Positions 41,609 to 56,540 of a stretch of DNA of 64,000 bases are shown here, in pieces. Under the pieces are notes generated by a model. It had not been told where the DNA came from and searched no databases. It was given only the letters and a program-made list of their open reading frames with translations. How positions within the stretch are numbered: the first letter of the stretch is position 1; each line of letters begins with the position of its first letter. The stretch covers positions 1 through 64,000 of the forward strand of contig ADNK01002731.1 in NCBI GenBank assembly GCA_000320545.1, in the 5' to 3' direction. The position numbers and the translations under genes are program-made. This DNA comes from Bigelowiella natans CCMP2755 (Eukaryota > Protista > Cercozoa).

Positions 41609-42089
41609 GGGTAGGTAATAATGTCGTCGTTCACGAAGCTTTTATTATCTTGCTGTAGATCTAATCACAATATCTACAGATCGTCGGTATCTTCTTCCTC
41701 CTCCTGCTCCTGCAAGATAACAATCTAGATCTAGTACGATCTCTTCTCGGACTCGCACCACTCGCACCACTCGGAGACACTCAGAGTCTCAGAGTCCCCC
41801 GGAGTTCACCGGAGTTTATAAGAGTTTCTCCGATTTTCCGGGAGTTTCTCCGGGGATTATTTGGCACGTTGAACCTGCCTTCCGAGATTATTTGCCCCTC
41901 GCTACTCGGCCAGAGCCGAACTGCGTGCAACGAACCGACGCGGGGGAAGGCGCTCGTGCTGAGCTCCAGAAGCTAGTCCAGAAGCGCTGTTCAGAGAAAA
42001 TATATTGCCGGAGATCGGTTGGAAGGAGGCTCTTGACCAAGCGCCAAAGCTCTACATCGGTCACGTGGCGAAGAAGCTGTTGCTTTACC

Positions 42090-43871
42090 ATGAGTTCATC
42101 TTCACTTCTTCTTTGGAACAAACATGCTGTAGTGCCAGTCCTCGTTATTTCCGTTGCTGTTTTGGCTCTGACGACTGGTAGAGAAGGACGGTACAGTTAT
42201 TACTTTCGTAGATACCATCGTGATGGGAACGGTATTCTCTCTCAACAACAACAACCACTCCTACTTTCAGCACCAGTTGGAAGACAGCAGCCACAGACAC
42301 ATCATCATGTTGGAAGACAGCAGCCACAGACACATCATCATCATGATGATGATGACAATCTAGGAGGGCATGATTTTAGGCAGCACGCCTCGTCTCTTCT
42401 TTTGCGATTGTCGCCATCATTATCGCCATTGCCCATGCCCCATACCCGGTATCGGTCTAATAGTAAGAGAGGACCTCTTTCCTTGTGTGGAGGGGGCGCG
42501 AAAGTCACCTCACATGAGACGCCATCCGTTGGCACAACGCATAATCACCGAGATGTACAGTCACATGATCAAAAAAAGGAGAAGCATCCTGATCGCGCTG
42601 AGGATGAAGAGGGTACTGTTGTGCTTGGTGGATCCCGTGAGTTGTCAGGAGGGAAGTTGCATTGGACTGAAAACAATAAGTTCGCTTCGTCTTATGCGAA
42701 CACAGCATCTGATTCTATGACACTATCACGCAAAGCATTTGATGGAGCCTGCAGAGAGCTTAAGATACCCGAAGACACTTCCTCATTACTTTGGCTAAAG
42801 CTGCATGAACATTGCTATCTGACCGGAGGCGAACACATCACTAGTGGAGTTACACCTCCTCGTGATGACGCACGTAACGTGAATGCATGGCATTGGGACA
42901 ACGCAAATCTTATGCCTTGGACACAGAAACGGCTGCAGGAAATGATGGTTGGTATTGAAGTGCCGAATTTACCCGAGGGAGGGTGGATGAGAATCACAGG
43001 CATGAAGAAATGTGAAGGAGACTGCGAGACCAACACAAGGAAGGGAAGAGTTATTATCTGCTTCGACCTCAAAGTTGTTCTTACATGGGAGGCTGAAGTC
43101 AACTTTGAGGAAGGAAGGTAGATAAAAAGATCGCTAAACATCGTAATTTTATTCGATCAAGAAAAGGGCAATAGTCCTTGTTGTCCTAGAAGAAGACGTG
43201 AGATATTTATTCTGCACTTTGTTTGTTTGCCATCGTGGTGTATGATGATGATTCCGTGTTGATGTTGTTGCCTCTCTATTGTTCTTTGCAGTGGAACAAT
43301 ATCGCTGCCATACATCGATAATGTAGAGACCGAAGACGGCAACATACGGACGGAAGTGTCCTTCCAAAAAGACAAGAATTCTCCCAGGTATTAGTAACCT
43401 CTTAAATTGTCTTCTCGTAAACACAACTCAATTTGCGTTTATCCATGGTATCTCCATTTTGACAAAGTATAAATATACAAGAATCACGTCTTGTATATTT
43501 TTACAACGCCCACTTCAGCAAGCTCTACTACCATCACAATCATCGACGTCATCATCAAAATGAAGAACACGATGATATTATTACTATTTGTCAATAATTT
43601 GCCTCTACTTCTCATAGCTGCTGCTGTTTGTGCATCGTCATGATCATCATCATCATCTTCCAGGGCCCCACCGGAAGTACAGGAAGTTGTCAACGAGGAG
43701 CTTGTTCCTCTTGTGAGGGAACGTATGCGTGAATTCCTAGCAGAACTCAATAGCAAGGCGGTTACTGCTAAGCAACTTCAGAATAAGATCAATAATTGCG
43801 AAAAGAACGTTCCGAATTCGCCCCTAGAACCTACAAACAATAATCATCACGACGATACCAGAATAGATTAG
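42090..43871 (+). CDS. AHA1: Hsp90 ATPase activator N-terminal domain protein (Aha1_N/Hch1-like) with signal peptide and transit-peptide-like leader
   Basis: NVNAWHWDNANLMPWTQKRL...EGDCETNTRKGRVIICFDLKVVLTWEA...GTISLPYI...VRERMREFLAEL. The hydrophobic leader is AVVPVLVISVAVLALTTG. No C-terminal START-like domain is present before TAG 43869-43871. Confidence 0.8.
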
Positions 43872-44314
43872 CTATGCATTCCTGCCTCAATCTTTGTACG
43901 TATACGGAGATGCATATAGCATGCGGAGAGGTAAAATAAAATAAAATATATGTTTAAAATCAATGACAAGCCTCTTGGTTTGATGATGCACATGAATAAT
44001 CACATTAAAGATGCGTATGAATGCGATGTTCATCGCATAATGAAATTTGACAAATAAGAGCGTGCAACAAGCATCTTGCGGGTGTTGTGGCAAGCTAGCA
44101 AGTACGTACGCACGATGTAAGTTAGCGCTAGATTGACAAGCTAGCTGGATAATGATTACACAGTACACACCTATATGAACACGAGGTATACAAGACGACA
44201 CTTTGCATAGATCACGTCGCTGTGGTTGCTTCATGCATGGTCGCAACTCCACAAGAGCAAATGGAAGCGAAGATTTCAACATCATGTACGTGCGTGTATA
44301 TGTAAATAACCATG

Positions 44315-46061
44315 TCACGCAGCTAGCCATCTAGCATGTATCGTTGTAAACCATAACTCTGTTACGGGATCGATGCCCAACAGAATGGCTAGAAGGGGGA
44401 TGCAACATGCAGACACATCGTGTGCTTTCAAATCATCATTGAGAGACTGTTGTGAAATTTGAAGTAAACCAGATGCCTGGACATTCGTCCCAGAGAATCG
44501 TAATACCTTTTCATCTCCTACACAATACTGCTGGCTTGAATTCAAATCCCTTTTAGTTTTTAACAGGTTTCTGATCATTTGGGTACTAATAATACAGTCT
44601 TCATTTTGCGATATTTTCTCCTTCGTTTCCTCCCATAAACGCTTTCGACAAAACTGACGTAAAAGCTGTCATACGCATTTCTGGTGGAGGCACCGAACAT
44701 GGAGTGCTACTTCTCTCATCAAGCTTTTCATCAAAAGTGCTTTCTCTGCTCGGTATGATACATCTCACATATCTTACGCGGGTAACACCGCCATCATCCT
44801 GGTTCTTTGCATCGCCCTTTGGTCTTATCTTAACGTTTCTCCTCTTAAAGTCGTAAGCAACACCATAGGCTGCTTGTTGATGAGATGGATCAGCAGCAAA
44901 AGCAGAAATGGTAGTTGTAGAAAGGAGAGGATGGGGAATACCAGTGCTTTCAGCCGACCCGCCTATATAATAATTAATATTGATGCCCAAATGCATTCCG
45001 ATGTAAGGACAAATAGTACTAGTAACCACCAAATCTCTTGCTCTGTGAGTTGAAGAAGAAGAAGAAGAGGAAGATGATGATGATGATAATTACGATGATT
45101 TTTAAGTTCAAGCAACAGTAGCTAGTCAACACAAGACCTTGATTTTGGCTTTGAGTCTCCTCCTCCTCCTCCTCCTCCTCCTCCTCCTCCTCTTTGTGCT
45201 TCCTTATTTTGACTCCCAAGTGGCCGTGTGGTAACAACCGCCCTTTCGACTGTCGTCGTCGTCGTTGTCGCTGCCTGCTGTGCCTTATTTTCGCAGCTGC
45301 TGATTTGGAATTAAAAGACAAACACACTCTTGGGTACTCGTCTACCCTGCTATCTAATACCACGATTACATCGATAACTACAATAACTACTAATACTATC
45401 ATTACTATAACAATAACGGCAAGGTATATGCTCTATATAAGAAGCGTAGAGTTTAGTTATGCACAAGATGGCGATGATGAGGACAGACTGCTGTATTACT
45501 ATATCCATCGTTCACACTACTACCACTACCACTACCACTACCACTACCACTGCCTTCCTACCTGGGGATGTCCTCCTTACGTAGTGATATCTAAATGACT
45601 TGAAATCCTCCTCCTCCTCCCCCCCCTTTTCCACCAGAGATGATGAATCCGAAGCCAGATGATGATGATGATTCTTGTTCTCCTTGATCTTCTTCTTTGG
45701 TTGGAGTTTCGTTTGGTGTAGCTGTGGTAAGGGGGGTCTAGGAGCTGATCTTCGTCCTGGGATTGTTGGACTTTGCACGATTGGAGATCCAGACTCTATA
45801 AAACCAAGTAATGAGACAATGATTTATCAAATAAACGCTGATATTTATGCCGTCCATCACTCACTTTTCCTTGGAATGATAATATATCCTTGTTTACAAC
45901 GCACCTGCCCGTATTGACGTCGTAGTCGTCGTCTTCTTCTTCTTCTTTTTCATCACCATCTTCTTCTTCCTCTTCAATTCCTGATCTGCAGCGTTCACGA
46001 TGTAGAAATGGCCCTTCTGATAGTTGTTGTAGAATGACAAATGAGGGATCTTCACCATCAC

Positions 46062-46093
<32 letters not shown>

Positions 46094-46465
46094 CCATCAT
46101 CATCATGATGTTTAATAACAACAACAAATTCTTCTTCCATACTTACCGAATCATGTGGCATCTCTCTATATTCCTGGCTTCGAAGGACTAAGCCTGGATT
46201 CACTGTGTAGTTTCATTTATTATGATCATGATCATTATTGTTATTATTTATTATCGAATCATAAGGTAAACCATGATGATAAATATAAAAACACAAGAAT
46301 AGCATGCTAATACAAGCGTGTATACCCTTGGTACGTACTACAAATATGGCCATAAATACATAGAGAATATGAACCTCTGCACTTTTCCCCTTTCATAATA
46401 TCTTGTCAGTTTAGTGACTTCACTAGCAAGCTACTATCATTACATTTTGAATAATATAGATTTAA

Positions 46466-46510
<45 letters not shown>

Positions 46511-47690
46511 GACCATAGAGTTTTTTCGTGGTTGGTGTCTTCTTTGCCGTTGATCTAGCACTCACAGAAGCAGCTGAAGATCTCGCAGGTATTCCAAGCA
46601 ATTGCCGTCGACGCGGATAATATTTAGTAGAACTTTGGTGCAAGAAGCCACAGAGGGGAGGGGGAGGGGGGGGATTCATGGAATCAAATATGAGATTCGT
46701 GTAGAAGAATATTATTGATAATGCTTCATTTCTGTTACTTCTCGCTTTTGGAGATGACATTATTGGTAGCCTTAGGTGTAATTCTTCCTTTTCTGGCTGC
46801 TGCTGTTTTCCTTCCTTTCAACTTCCTTCCTGTCATAATCCCTGTAGTAGTAGTAGTAGTAGTAGTAGTAGCAGTTGCTGCAGCTCTAGATGACGATGGG
46901 CGAGAAGAGGATTTTCGTGTTGTAGCTGGTGGAAGATCAGTGACATCGAAGGTTATAGTTTTCAAAGTCTCAAAGTGGTGGTCTAGATTGCCTAATTCTC
47001 CTTCCTCGTTCATCAGAGCTGCTGCTGCTGCTGCCTCCTTCCTCCTTTCTTTCTCCTTTCTCGTTCTGTTTCGGCTGATATCCCTACGATTCATCCTGGT
47101 ATCTCTTTCCTAGAAGAAGAAGAAGAAGAAGAACGAAGAAGAAGAACGAAGAGAAAGAGGAGAAAGCCGAGACTTATATCTTCATTTATAGCTCAGAAGA
47201 CGGTGGTTGATAAAAGATAAGAACAATAAACGAGTATGATTGTACTTTAAAAATTTGCTCTTACGAATGAATCGTTCTCTTTGGACTACTACCTGCAATG
47301 ATGTGGACGACGACGAGTGTTCTCCAGAGGGATGTGATAGCATTGACGCAACAGCTCTTTCTTCAATGTCAACACCATTATTATCATCATCATTATCATG
47401 ATCCAAATCATCGTGAACTTGTCCTGAAGATAAATGGTAACCACAATACAATCACAACAGAATGGAGTCCAATCATCGTGCATCCGAGGCATAAAGCATA
47501 ATAAGCAAAAGAAGAAAAAAAAGAAGAAGAAAAAGAGGATAGTAGTATACACTAATCGACACTACTTAATTCAAGGTTGATGGTTTGCTAAAAGAAGAAA
47601 GGAAGAGGAAGAAGAAGAAGAAGAATAAGTTGGAATTGGTTGATTGGTTGCTGATATTGCGTGCTGCTGCGTATATTAGAGTGAATCATA

Positions 47691-47728
<38 letters not shown>

Positions 47729-48631
47729 CAACAAAATATGATAACATAGAACCTGTTGGTACATCAAACGAGAAATGATGATGATGATGATGATGATGGG
47801 GACATGAGGCCACCGTCTTGTTGTCGTTATCATCGTTTTGATGTTGGTTCGCATCGAGAGAGGGAAGAACATGATCGGTTGGTCGAGAAAGAGAGTGCTG
47901 CTGCTGTTGCTTCTTCTTCTTCTTCTCTGTGGTTGTTGCCTGGCCTTGATGCTCCTGGATGATAATATCTTGTGCATCCTTTACTACTCCTTCAAAGTCT
48001 TTTAAATGTCTTCCCTCCTCCTCCTCCTCCTCCTCCTCCTCCACAGCTTCTTCTTCTTTTTCCTCCTTATCATGTTCTCCCCTTCTGCTATCACCATTTG
48101 TAAAGGGTCTAGTAGTAGTATCATTCGTTCCTCGTCCATGCTGCTGCTGCTGCTGCTGCTGCACTTCTTTGTTTGTGACAGATTTTGGAGAAAATTCTGC
48201 TTCCACCATTCCAAATGTTGGCGAAGGTAGATGAAAGAGCTTCTCAGATGATGATGATAATGATGATGTTACCGCCCTTGGTACCACCAATTTGCTGCTG
48301 CTATGTGCAGTACCAATCCGTCCCACCACCCGTTTCCTTCGCCTTCTCCAACTTGGAGATCTTCGTAAAGGACCCGTGGCGGAAGAAGCTGGGATGTGTT
48401 TTTCCATCCTCATCAGCGGGTTTTGTGCCTGCTGCTGATGTTCGGATGTTGGGTCTTGGAACGTCAAAGAAGTGATACTTGGACTTCGTTTACCTAATAA
48501 TCCCCCCCCCCCCCCCCCCTCTCCTCCTCCTCCTCCTCCTCCTCCTCCTCCTCCTCCTCCTCTTCCATGATCTCTACTTCGATTATTGAAATGGTTATCG
48601 TAATTGTGAGTGTTGCCGCCACTTCTGATAT

Positions 48632-48665
<34 letters not shown>

Positions 48666-51600
48666 GTGGTAGTAACGAGACTCATCGTCGCCAATTTTCT
48701 TTTCTCTTCTTCCTTCTATCCCTCTCTTCTTCTTCTTCGTCTTCTTCTTCTGTGTTATCATTGCAGCATCAGCAGTACCAGTACTTGCTAGGGTTGTTTC
48801 AGTTGGTGCTGCTGTTGTTATTTTAGGATAATGATGAGGAGGAGGATGATGATGATGATGACTCTTGGTAGTTGTAGCAGTAGAATTACAACTATTGAGG
48901 GATAAATTTATACGGGAAGGGACCACCTTCTCCCGTAGTTGTATCCACCCTGTTTGAGAATTGGTAGTGTTTGTATCTGCTTGTTGTTGTTGCTTCGTTT
49001 CTATCTCTTGTTTTTGAAGGAGGAATGCAAGTACTGCGGCAGCTTTCTCCTTGCCTCGTACTTGATAAAGACGAGACGACGACAGCTTATTACTATCATT
49101 GCGATTGTCTTTAAGTGAAAATAATGGCAATGAGCCTAATTCAGCCTCTCTATTAGTGACCACTCCCATTGGCCTTGTAAGGAACGATGCTGATGATGAT
49201 ACATGCCCTTTCAAACCTGCATCCTTCGCTTTAGCCTGCTCTCCTTCTGCCATCTTTAAATATCTTGGTGGTGTACCCACCAACGCCATCCCTTTTAGTA
49301 GCTGCTGCTGCACTAATTCTCGCTGATGATGACGAAGATGATGGTGATGATGATGATCTATCGTTGGTGACGATATGGTAGTATATTCCGAGGAGTAATC
49401 CTGGTGATGATGATGAGGAAGTTGTTAACAGAAACGAATCAACATTGTTGTCAACATGATAAACTATTTAAATCAAGTGCATAAGTACTATCAGATATGA
49501 TGATGATGATGATGATAATGATGATAACGACGACGACTAGGGATAATTAGAAGGATCTCCCAATCCCATCATCATCATGATTGCAACGATGATGATGTCC
49601 GTAGTTGTCATTAGTACCTGTGGTCTACTGTTCTGAAAATTGAAACGAGAAGCAGCATTAAATGTAGCATGACTTGTTGATGGTCTTCGCTCAATATTAT
49701 GATGGTGAGGAGACGATGCTTGTGATGATGAGGAAACTTGAGTTTTTGGGGAGGGCTGAACGGAGTGCTTGTTGATATTATCTTTGAAATCTGGATGAGT
49801 GCAAGTATGGTGGTGATGAGTTCTATCTTGATAGCTTTGTAGTCGTTTCGTAGTAGACACAATACTTGATTCTACGTCAGAATCCAGGGTTTTGATAGAA
49901 GGTATCATCATTTTAGATATCTCAACAGACACAAGTACGCTAGACTTTGCTTCAGGAGACGTGAAGGATTTTTGGTGGTGAGTAGTACGACGATCACGGT
50001 ACTGATAAGGATGATGATTCATATCCCGTGCAAGGTTCATTCTATCATTCAGTATATCTGCATTTGTTGCAGCAGTAGCAGCAGAAGTAGCAGCAGCAAA
50101 TTCGTTCTTCTTAAAATCCACATGAGTTCTAATAGCAGCATCAAATTCAACACTATCATCATCCTGGTTCGGCTGCGATAATTGTGATATTTTCCCTTGC
50201 CGTCCTCTTCTCCATTCTCCTCCTCCTTCCATTTCACGGAAAGCAGCTTTGTTGCTCCCCTCTTGAGATAACACATCGAATGCTGCCCCAAATCTCTTAC
50301 TGTCAACTTGGGCTAACATCCTGGCGAGTTGTTGGATTATTTCAAAGTAAAATGAAAGACCTACCTATCACCTTATCATCATCATTAAAAAGTGGAGAAC
50401 CTGTCTATGCGATGTCGGCCTTTGGATAATTTTACCCTTCGAGCATGTTCTTCTATCTCCGTGAACGGCAATTCATGTATCGATGACGGAGCGCTGTAAA
50501 TTCCATTATATTCAGAACATTGTGAAAAAAACCTAGTAGAAACGTAGCTAGGGTTGGCATACGCTGGTGTTGTGTTTTATCTGAAGAACGTTTCGACCTG
50601 AATAGAGGCTGCTCTCCACTTTTAGAGTTGAATTTCAATGATGACAACAACTTAGTGCTGGTCCTATTTTGGTGTAGTAATCTCGCTGCTCCTCCCTTGT
50701 AGTACTTTCCCACATGGTTGCTCACCATACGATCGTGCAATCTCAACAGAAACTTTCCAATTTCATTGTGCTCAGAGCTCCGTGTGCTGCACATGTAATA
50801 AGTAATTCTTAAATCTCTCGCTTGCATGATCCATATGTGCTCTTATGCGTCATTCGTTGTGATCATTGTCATCTACATTGCTTTGGTATCTGATTCTATT
50901 ACTGTTTATCTCCAATCTCAAATATCACGTCTTCGAAGACAGAACGAGTAAGAAAATTTCCCTCTTTGAGATCGAACCTGCTGGAAATGTTTTATTAATC
51001 ATTTCTGAAGACAAACATATCCATTTTTAGCATATATTGTTTACCGTCTCCATTGGGCCTGCGCTAAACGAAACGCTTCATCATTCAATATTTTAGGGCG
51101 AAGCTCCTTCTCAAGAAGAATAAATAAATCTGCACGGCACAGCAATCAGGCGATGATGTTAGATCATTTCGATGATGGGAATAGAATACAATTAGAATGA
51201 GAATTTACTCGTGAAGCTCGAACGAGAAATTCCTTCTTCATCAGCGTGGGGTCCTTGTACATCATCATCATCCCGAAAAGTTGTCCAGAATTGAGCTACC
51301 GCTCTTGCAACCAGTGGCCCGTACCTCGACGATGGATTCCTGATATTCTTCGTTCGCCATCACCGTGCACAAATAGTTTTAACATTATATCACCTATTAA
51401 TTCGAAGTCCAAACTTCCTCCCCCTCTCTGTTTCCTCCCCCCCAAAAACAAAATCTTGGCTTATAACCTCTTGTTCGGGCATCGAGGAAGCTGGTTGCTA
51501 TCGAGTCTTTGCAGGTAGGTGGACACAAGGCAAGGAAGAGTTACACATAATTCACGGAAGGCTGGAGGAGAGCAGCTTTATTCTGCTTCTTCATGTCCTT
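44315..51600 (-). CDS. Large low-complexity protein with an N-terminal EF-hand-like helical region; boundaries uncertain
   Basis: Long ORFs at 47676-49313 and 49537-50319, and upstream spliced exons reading RYGPLVARAVAQFWTTF...SFTNLFILLEKELRP...AQAQWRRFDLKEGNFLTRSVFEDVIFEIGD. Confidence 0.5.
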
Positions 51601-51848
51601 ATCGGCATTGATTGATTGTTGTTGTTGTTTGTTGTCCTTCTTCGTCCTCCCCCTGTTGTTGTTCTTCTTCTTTGAAGTGTACCTTCCTCTTAGAGGTTAC
51701 GTTCTTGTTCCTACTTCAAGTTACGGTTTTTGCAATCTCACATCTTCAGAGTGTATTTAGACAAAATATATATATATAAATATTACCACTAGATCTAATA
51801 ATTGTTTACAATGAAGACAGTGACGTGTGATATAGTCGTTTTTCCGGA

Positions 51849-54800
51849 TGATGAGGTTTTCTGTAAAAGGCCATAGAAGATACTTTTGGTATGAATAATT
51901 GTTTTTATCTATAAGGTTGAAACAACAAGAACAACAATAAGCAGTGTCTTTCAGCAACAACAAAGACAACAATTCATCATCCATCGCCGCATGGCTGCTT
52001 CATGTACTCGAAACGGACAATGAAACTGCCAGGACTGGGGACAGACACCTAGTTGAAAGAAGCTCCCCATTTGTATTCGCATCTAAATAATCAGTGGGAA
52101 GGAACTGTTCTGCTGGAATCCAACTTTAAACTAGTAACGAGTCTGCTTGGATCTACGGGCAAAGGAATAGAAAAATGCTTCAAGAAAACCTCGCTTTGCT
52201 TCAACTTGATTCTCAGGTAAAATCCGTCATTAGGGTAGTAGAAAATGTACAATAACAAGTATTGCAAAGGTTGTGGAGATTGAAGACCGAATTTCAAAAA
52301 TCAAGCGGCAGATAAAGCAAGCATCAACAAGGTTTATTATGTTCAGACGAGAAATGTTCGCCTATCTCACAGTTGGTGGTGGTATTATCCCTATTTCTTG
52401 TAGTCAATACTACGAACATGGGAATCGTAAGGAGTATAAAGAACAACAAGCGGATGATAACATATCATTGGATATAAAGAGGTAGCAGTTAACATACACG
52501 TTTACAAACAATCATTAATTTGAGTTTAATGATGTACCAATTAGGATAGAAAGTGAGGCTGCAAATCTCAGGAATGCAGGAAGAATACTTAAGATATTCC
52601 AGTACAATACAATTGAATCTATAACAATCTTAATACGGCCTACGAAATTCCAAACAATATGTGGCAATAAATCCAATGCACTTTCGTACGTCGAACATCA
52701 GGTTCAATGATGTGGTAGCGACTCGAAATGGCCTTGATAAGGGTAAGAAGATAGACAATTATGGTAGTGATGGTGGTGGTAGTAGTGATATCTTAAGGGT
52801 TCTACTACACGTACAGTTTTACAATTTGTTGTTGCCACTTACAATGATGTGCGTTAGCTCCTCGTGATATGCCAAACATACAGAAGAGGAGAATAGCAGA
52901 ATTGTTTTAACTTGTTACTGAGGCAAACTCTTCAATGTCAAAAGGATGAATTAAATTAATGGGCTTCAATATTTGCCAAATTCATCACTGTGCTGCTCAG
53001 GAAAGTACAGGATACTAGAAGGTGAAATAACTCTATACAGGAGTGAGGCAACAAGTGAAGGTGACTGGGAAGCGACATCGACCACATTATCAAAGTCGGA
53101 GGTCAGTATCTTACACATATACTACTTATTCATTTGAAGATGAGATTGCACTATACTAATGCATAATCAAACAGATTTTCGTAGCCGGTCGTGATAAAGC
53201 CATAGCGACGGGAATACCGCTGACTGTCATCGAATCGCTTGTATCAACAACATCAACATCAGCATCGACGATACCAAGTTTGGGAGAAAAAACAGCGGAA
53301 TTCCAGCAACAGGTCGTCGTATTCATCGTCGCTAGTATTATTGTAAATATAAGTCGGCTGTTTAACCGCTACTATGTGATATTGAACGGCCACCCTATTA
53401 TGCAATTAGAACACGTTTCTTCTTCTTCTTCTTCTTCTTCTTCTTCTTCTTCTTCCTAAATGATGTTGTTATTGTTGTCATAAAATCACATCACGTGTTA
53501 GGAAAGCCTTACTTCTCTGTTAACTGAAGAAGAAAAAGTGGAACTTAAGCGAAGGGTAGGAATACGTAACCATATGGGTGGATCTGTGCGACCGTCAACA
53601 CATGTTGTTTTTTGAATACGTAACCATATGGCTGGATCTGTGCATACCGTCAACACATGTTGTTTTCCCAGGAAAATGGTATGCTTATGCTGATTCGTGC
53701 TGTCATTTCGATTGTCGTGAGTAATTGTGTATAAACATCTCCAGTGTTGCTGTCTGTTGATCGCATGAAGCTAGGAACTACGTATCGTTTTCGACTATGA
53801 TAAACAGTCGTCAAGCACCAACTGTGTGAAGCAGCAAAGCCATAAAATGGATGTTGGTTGGTTTCATAATCCATCGTATCGTCCATGTAGGTTCAACTAC
53901 TCCGTAGGGATGTAGGAAATGGAATACTGGGCGATGTGGAGAATCAAAAGCTCTGGCAACTTGCCAAAATGATGACTTGTCAAACATACTCTACAGGAGT
54001 TACATTTGTGAAAAATGGGTCTTATGGCCGCTTCTTCGTTTTGCACTCAGGATTTGCTACGGTATGTACGTTTAAGTAGTGCTATTGTTAAATTGTTAAT
54101 AGGAGAGGTCGGTCGTAGATACCACGCTATGAACAACAATAATCTGAAAAATCATATTCAAACTCTTTTGCGCATAAATATCACTATTGTCTGAGTTAAG
54201 TGTGTATGTGCGTGCTTTATGACGTATAGCACATCTTGAACATGAATTGCCTAGAAGAATTCATCATCAACACTGTTGTCTCTCTCTACCAATCAGGGAC
54301 TTAAAGATGTAACATACGTCAACATCAATTCACATGCACCTCTAACAAACCAAGGAAGCATAAGTAGAATGACGCTAACTCGCTCTGAATCGAGGAGGAA
54401 CAGTAAGTAAATGTTTATGATGAGCTGTATTAGTACTAACTCTAGCGTCACAATTAAATTAATATTAGTAGCAGTAGTAGTGGTAACGGTTTAGAAAACA
54501 AGGGTAGTAGTAACGATATGTTGGTGTGATCTACTACTAACCAACCCATAGGCCTGACTACCTCCAAGCCTCCTGAGAGCAAGTACAGCTGTGTGTGACA
54601 ACGACGATTACAACTCAACATTCTCTTGAAACAATGCAGAACAACTATTAAGTGTGTGATATTAGTCTATGCTGATGGTATGTCGAGTATCTGCTCCCCC
54701 CCCCTCCTCCTTCGTTAAGATATATTACTTTCGCGGTTATTCCATCTTCCTGTAACTTAGGTTAAAAAAAGATCTGGTGGAAATCCACAGATTTGAACCA

Positions 54801-55984
54801 GGGGCTTGCTTTGGAGCTCTGTACTGCTATTACTTACTAACTTACTACCTACCTCTATTATCTCTTCTTCCTCCTCCTCCCTCTAATGTACTATGATGTT
54901 GTAGTAGTGATTTTTGGTTTTATCCCTTTCTCAGGAATGCAGACCCGAAGGAAGGTGTGTGTCAATTTTCGGTGATCTCAGATACACAAGTCAAAGTCAT
55001 GAGTTGTACACTCAAGGTACTAGAAGTAGTAGATAGTGCTAGTAAGAAAGAACGAAGCACATATATCCTATTTAAAGTTACATTTTCGCTCTCTTCACCT
55101 ACCAGCTACCACGAATATTTCTCTTTACAGCAAAACGCAGCTTAATTATGATTGTTTTCTTCTTAAATGGTAGTTATCATCGTCTTCTTCTTCTTCTTCT
55201 TCTTCTTCTTCTTCTTTGTTGATGATGTTTTATGTTTGGCTTAGGAACTAGAATTATACCTTGAAGCTAAACATATAAAACGTCTGCAGGTAGTAAGCGA
55301 TATCAGCTCGCATTGTGAAGTATGGCTTTGAAAGTGACGGATATAATCATGATGATGCTTGTGCTATAGAATATTTCATATGTGTGTGAAACAGGTATAC
55401 ATAGGAGCTCTAGACATCGATGTAATGCAAGCCATTAAAGAGAAAGAAGAAAGAGATCAGTAATATTCTCTTTAAAAAAAAAAAAAAGATGTGAGCAAAT
55501 CACACCTTACTTAGTTGTAATAGGAGTAATTGTGTCCAACCAGCACCATCAGTGCTAATTGCACTAAATCTGCCTTCATATTCCTTAGATGGGAAATCAC
55601 CAAGCGGAGTGTAGTTGAAAACATAAAGCGAGAAATCGGACTCAAAAAATTACGAAGAGATTTGATACCAAAAGAAATGTTTTCGCTCCAGCAAAGCTTT
55701 AGAGCTGGGATATCACTAATAAATTCAAGGTAATAATGTGTTATAATAGCGGCAGAATGTGATATTAATGACTGCAAATGAGACGCCTATGCCAATTAAA
55801 TTGAAGCAATTCAAGATGTACTTGATGTGCGAACAACGAATTCTTCAGTACAAGCAAAATGAGTAGTCACGTAGTGCTTTTGTTGCCGGTCTTAATTGTT
55901 GAAAACAGGGAAAAGGGCATCCGAATCAAAGGACCAACAAAGAAAGAATACATCGACAGCGTGATCGAGAAGGCGGAAGGCTAG
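51849..55984 (+). CDS. Multi-exon protein with a probable cyclic-nucleotide-binding domain
   Basis: Exons read LWQLAKMMTCQTYSTGVTFVKNGSYGRFFVLHSGFAT|VKKDLVEIHRFEPGACFGAL...FSVISDTQVKVMSC, which fits the cNMP beta-barrel pattern. The last exon is KKEYIDSVIEKAEG*. The start is tentative. Confidence 0.55.
53561..53669. repeat. Imperfect ~54-bp intronic tandem duplication
   Basis: AATACGTAACCATATGG(G/C)TGGATCTGTGC..ACCGTCAACACATGTTGTTTT occurs twice in tandem. Confidence 0.85.
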
Positions 55985-56540
55985 AAGGGGTCGCACGACA
56001 GTAGCTATGAGCGCGTTGTTCTGACTATTCCGTTGTTGCACATACATACTCCTCTGATGATATCTGCTATCATTTTATTATGAAGAACCTCTCGTTGATG
56101 TTCGTTCTTGTGATGCAGCAAATCGCGTGCAATCGATCGTACGTTTTGTTGTGTTGCAGCCGCCATGCTGCCTGCCACATCGATTGCCAAAATGTTCTGT
56201 AGCTCAACCAAACTATGCTACCTACATCGCATGTAGTACGCATCATGTGTGAGCATTAAGTGTGCAGTATACATTGCATACATGCTTGCATGCCAGTAAT
56301 GACAGTACCTCAAACGTATGTGTGACAACAGGAAATGTAGCAACATGTGTACACATGCAATAATAGACACAGTAATAGCATATATAGTATATATATGATA
56401 TTACATGTCTATAATTGCATGCACATGCATGCACATGTACACATAGCGCACGCACAGCACAGTAGCTGCAAATAGTTAAAGTGCTGCAGCAAGGCTTCAT
56501 TCCTAGGAGGCAAACTAGCAAATGAGCGTGTGCATCATAT

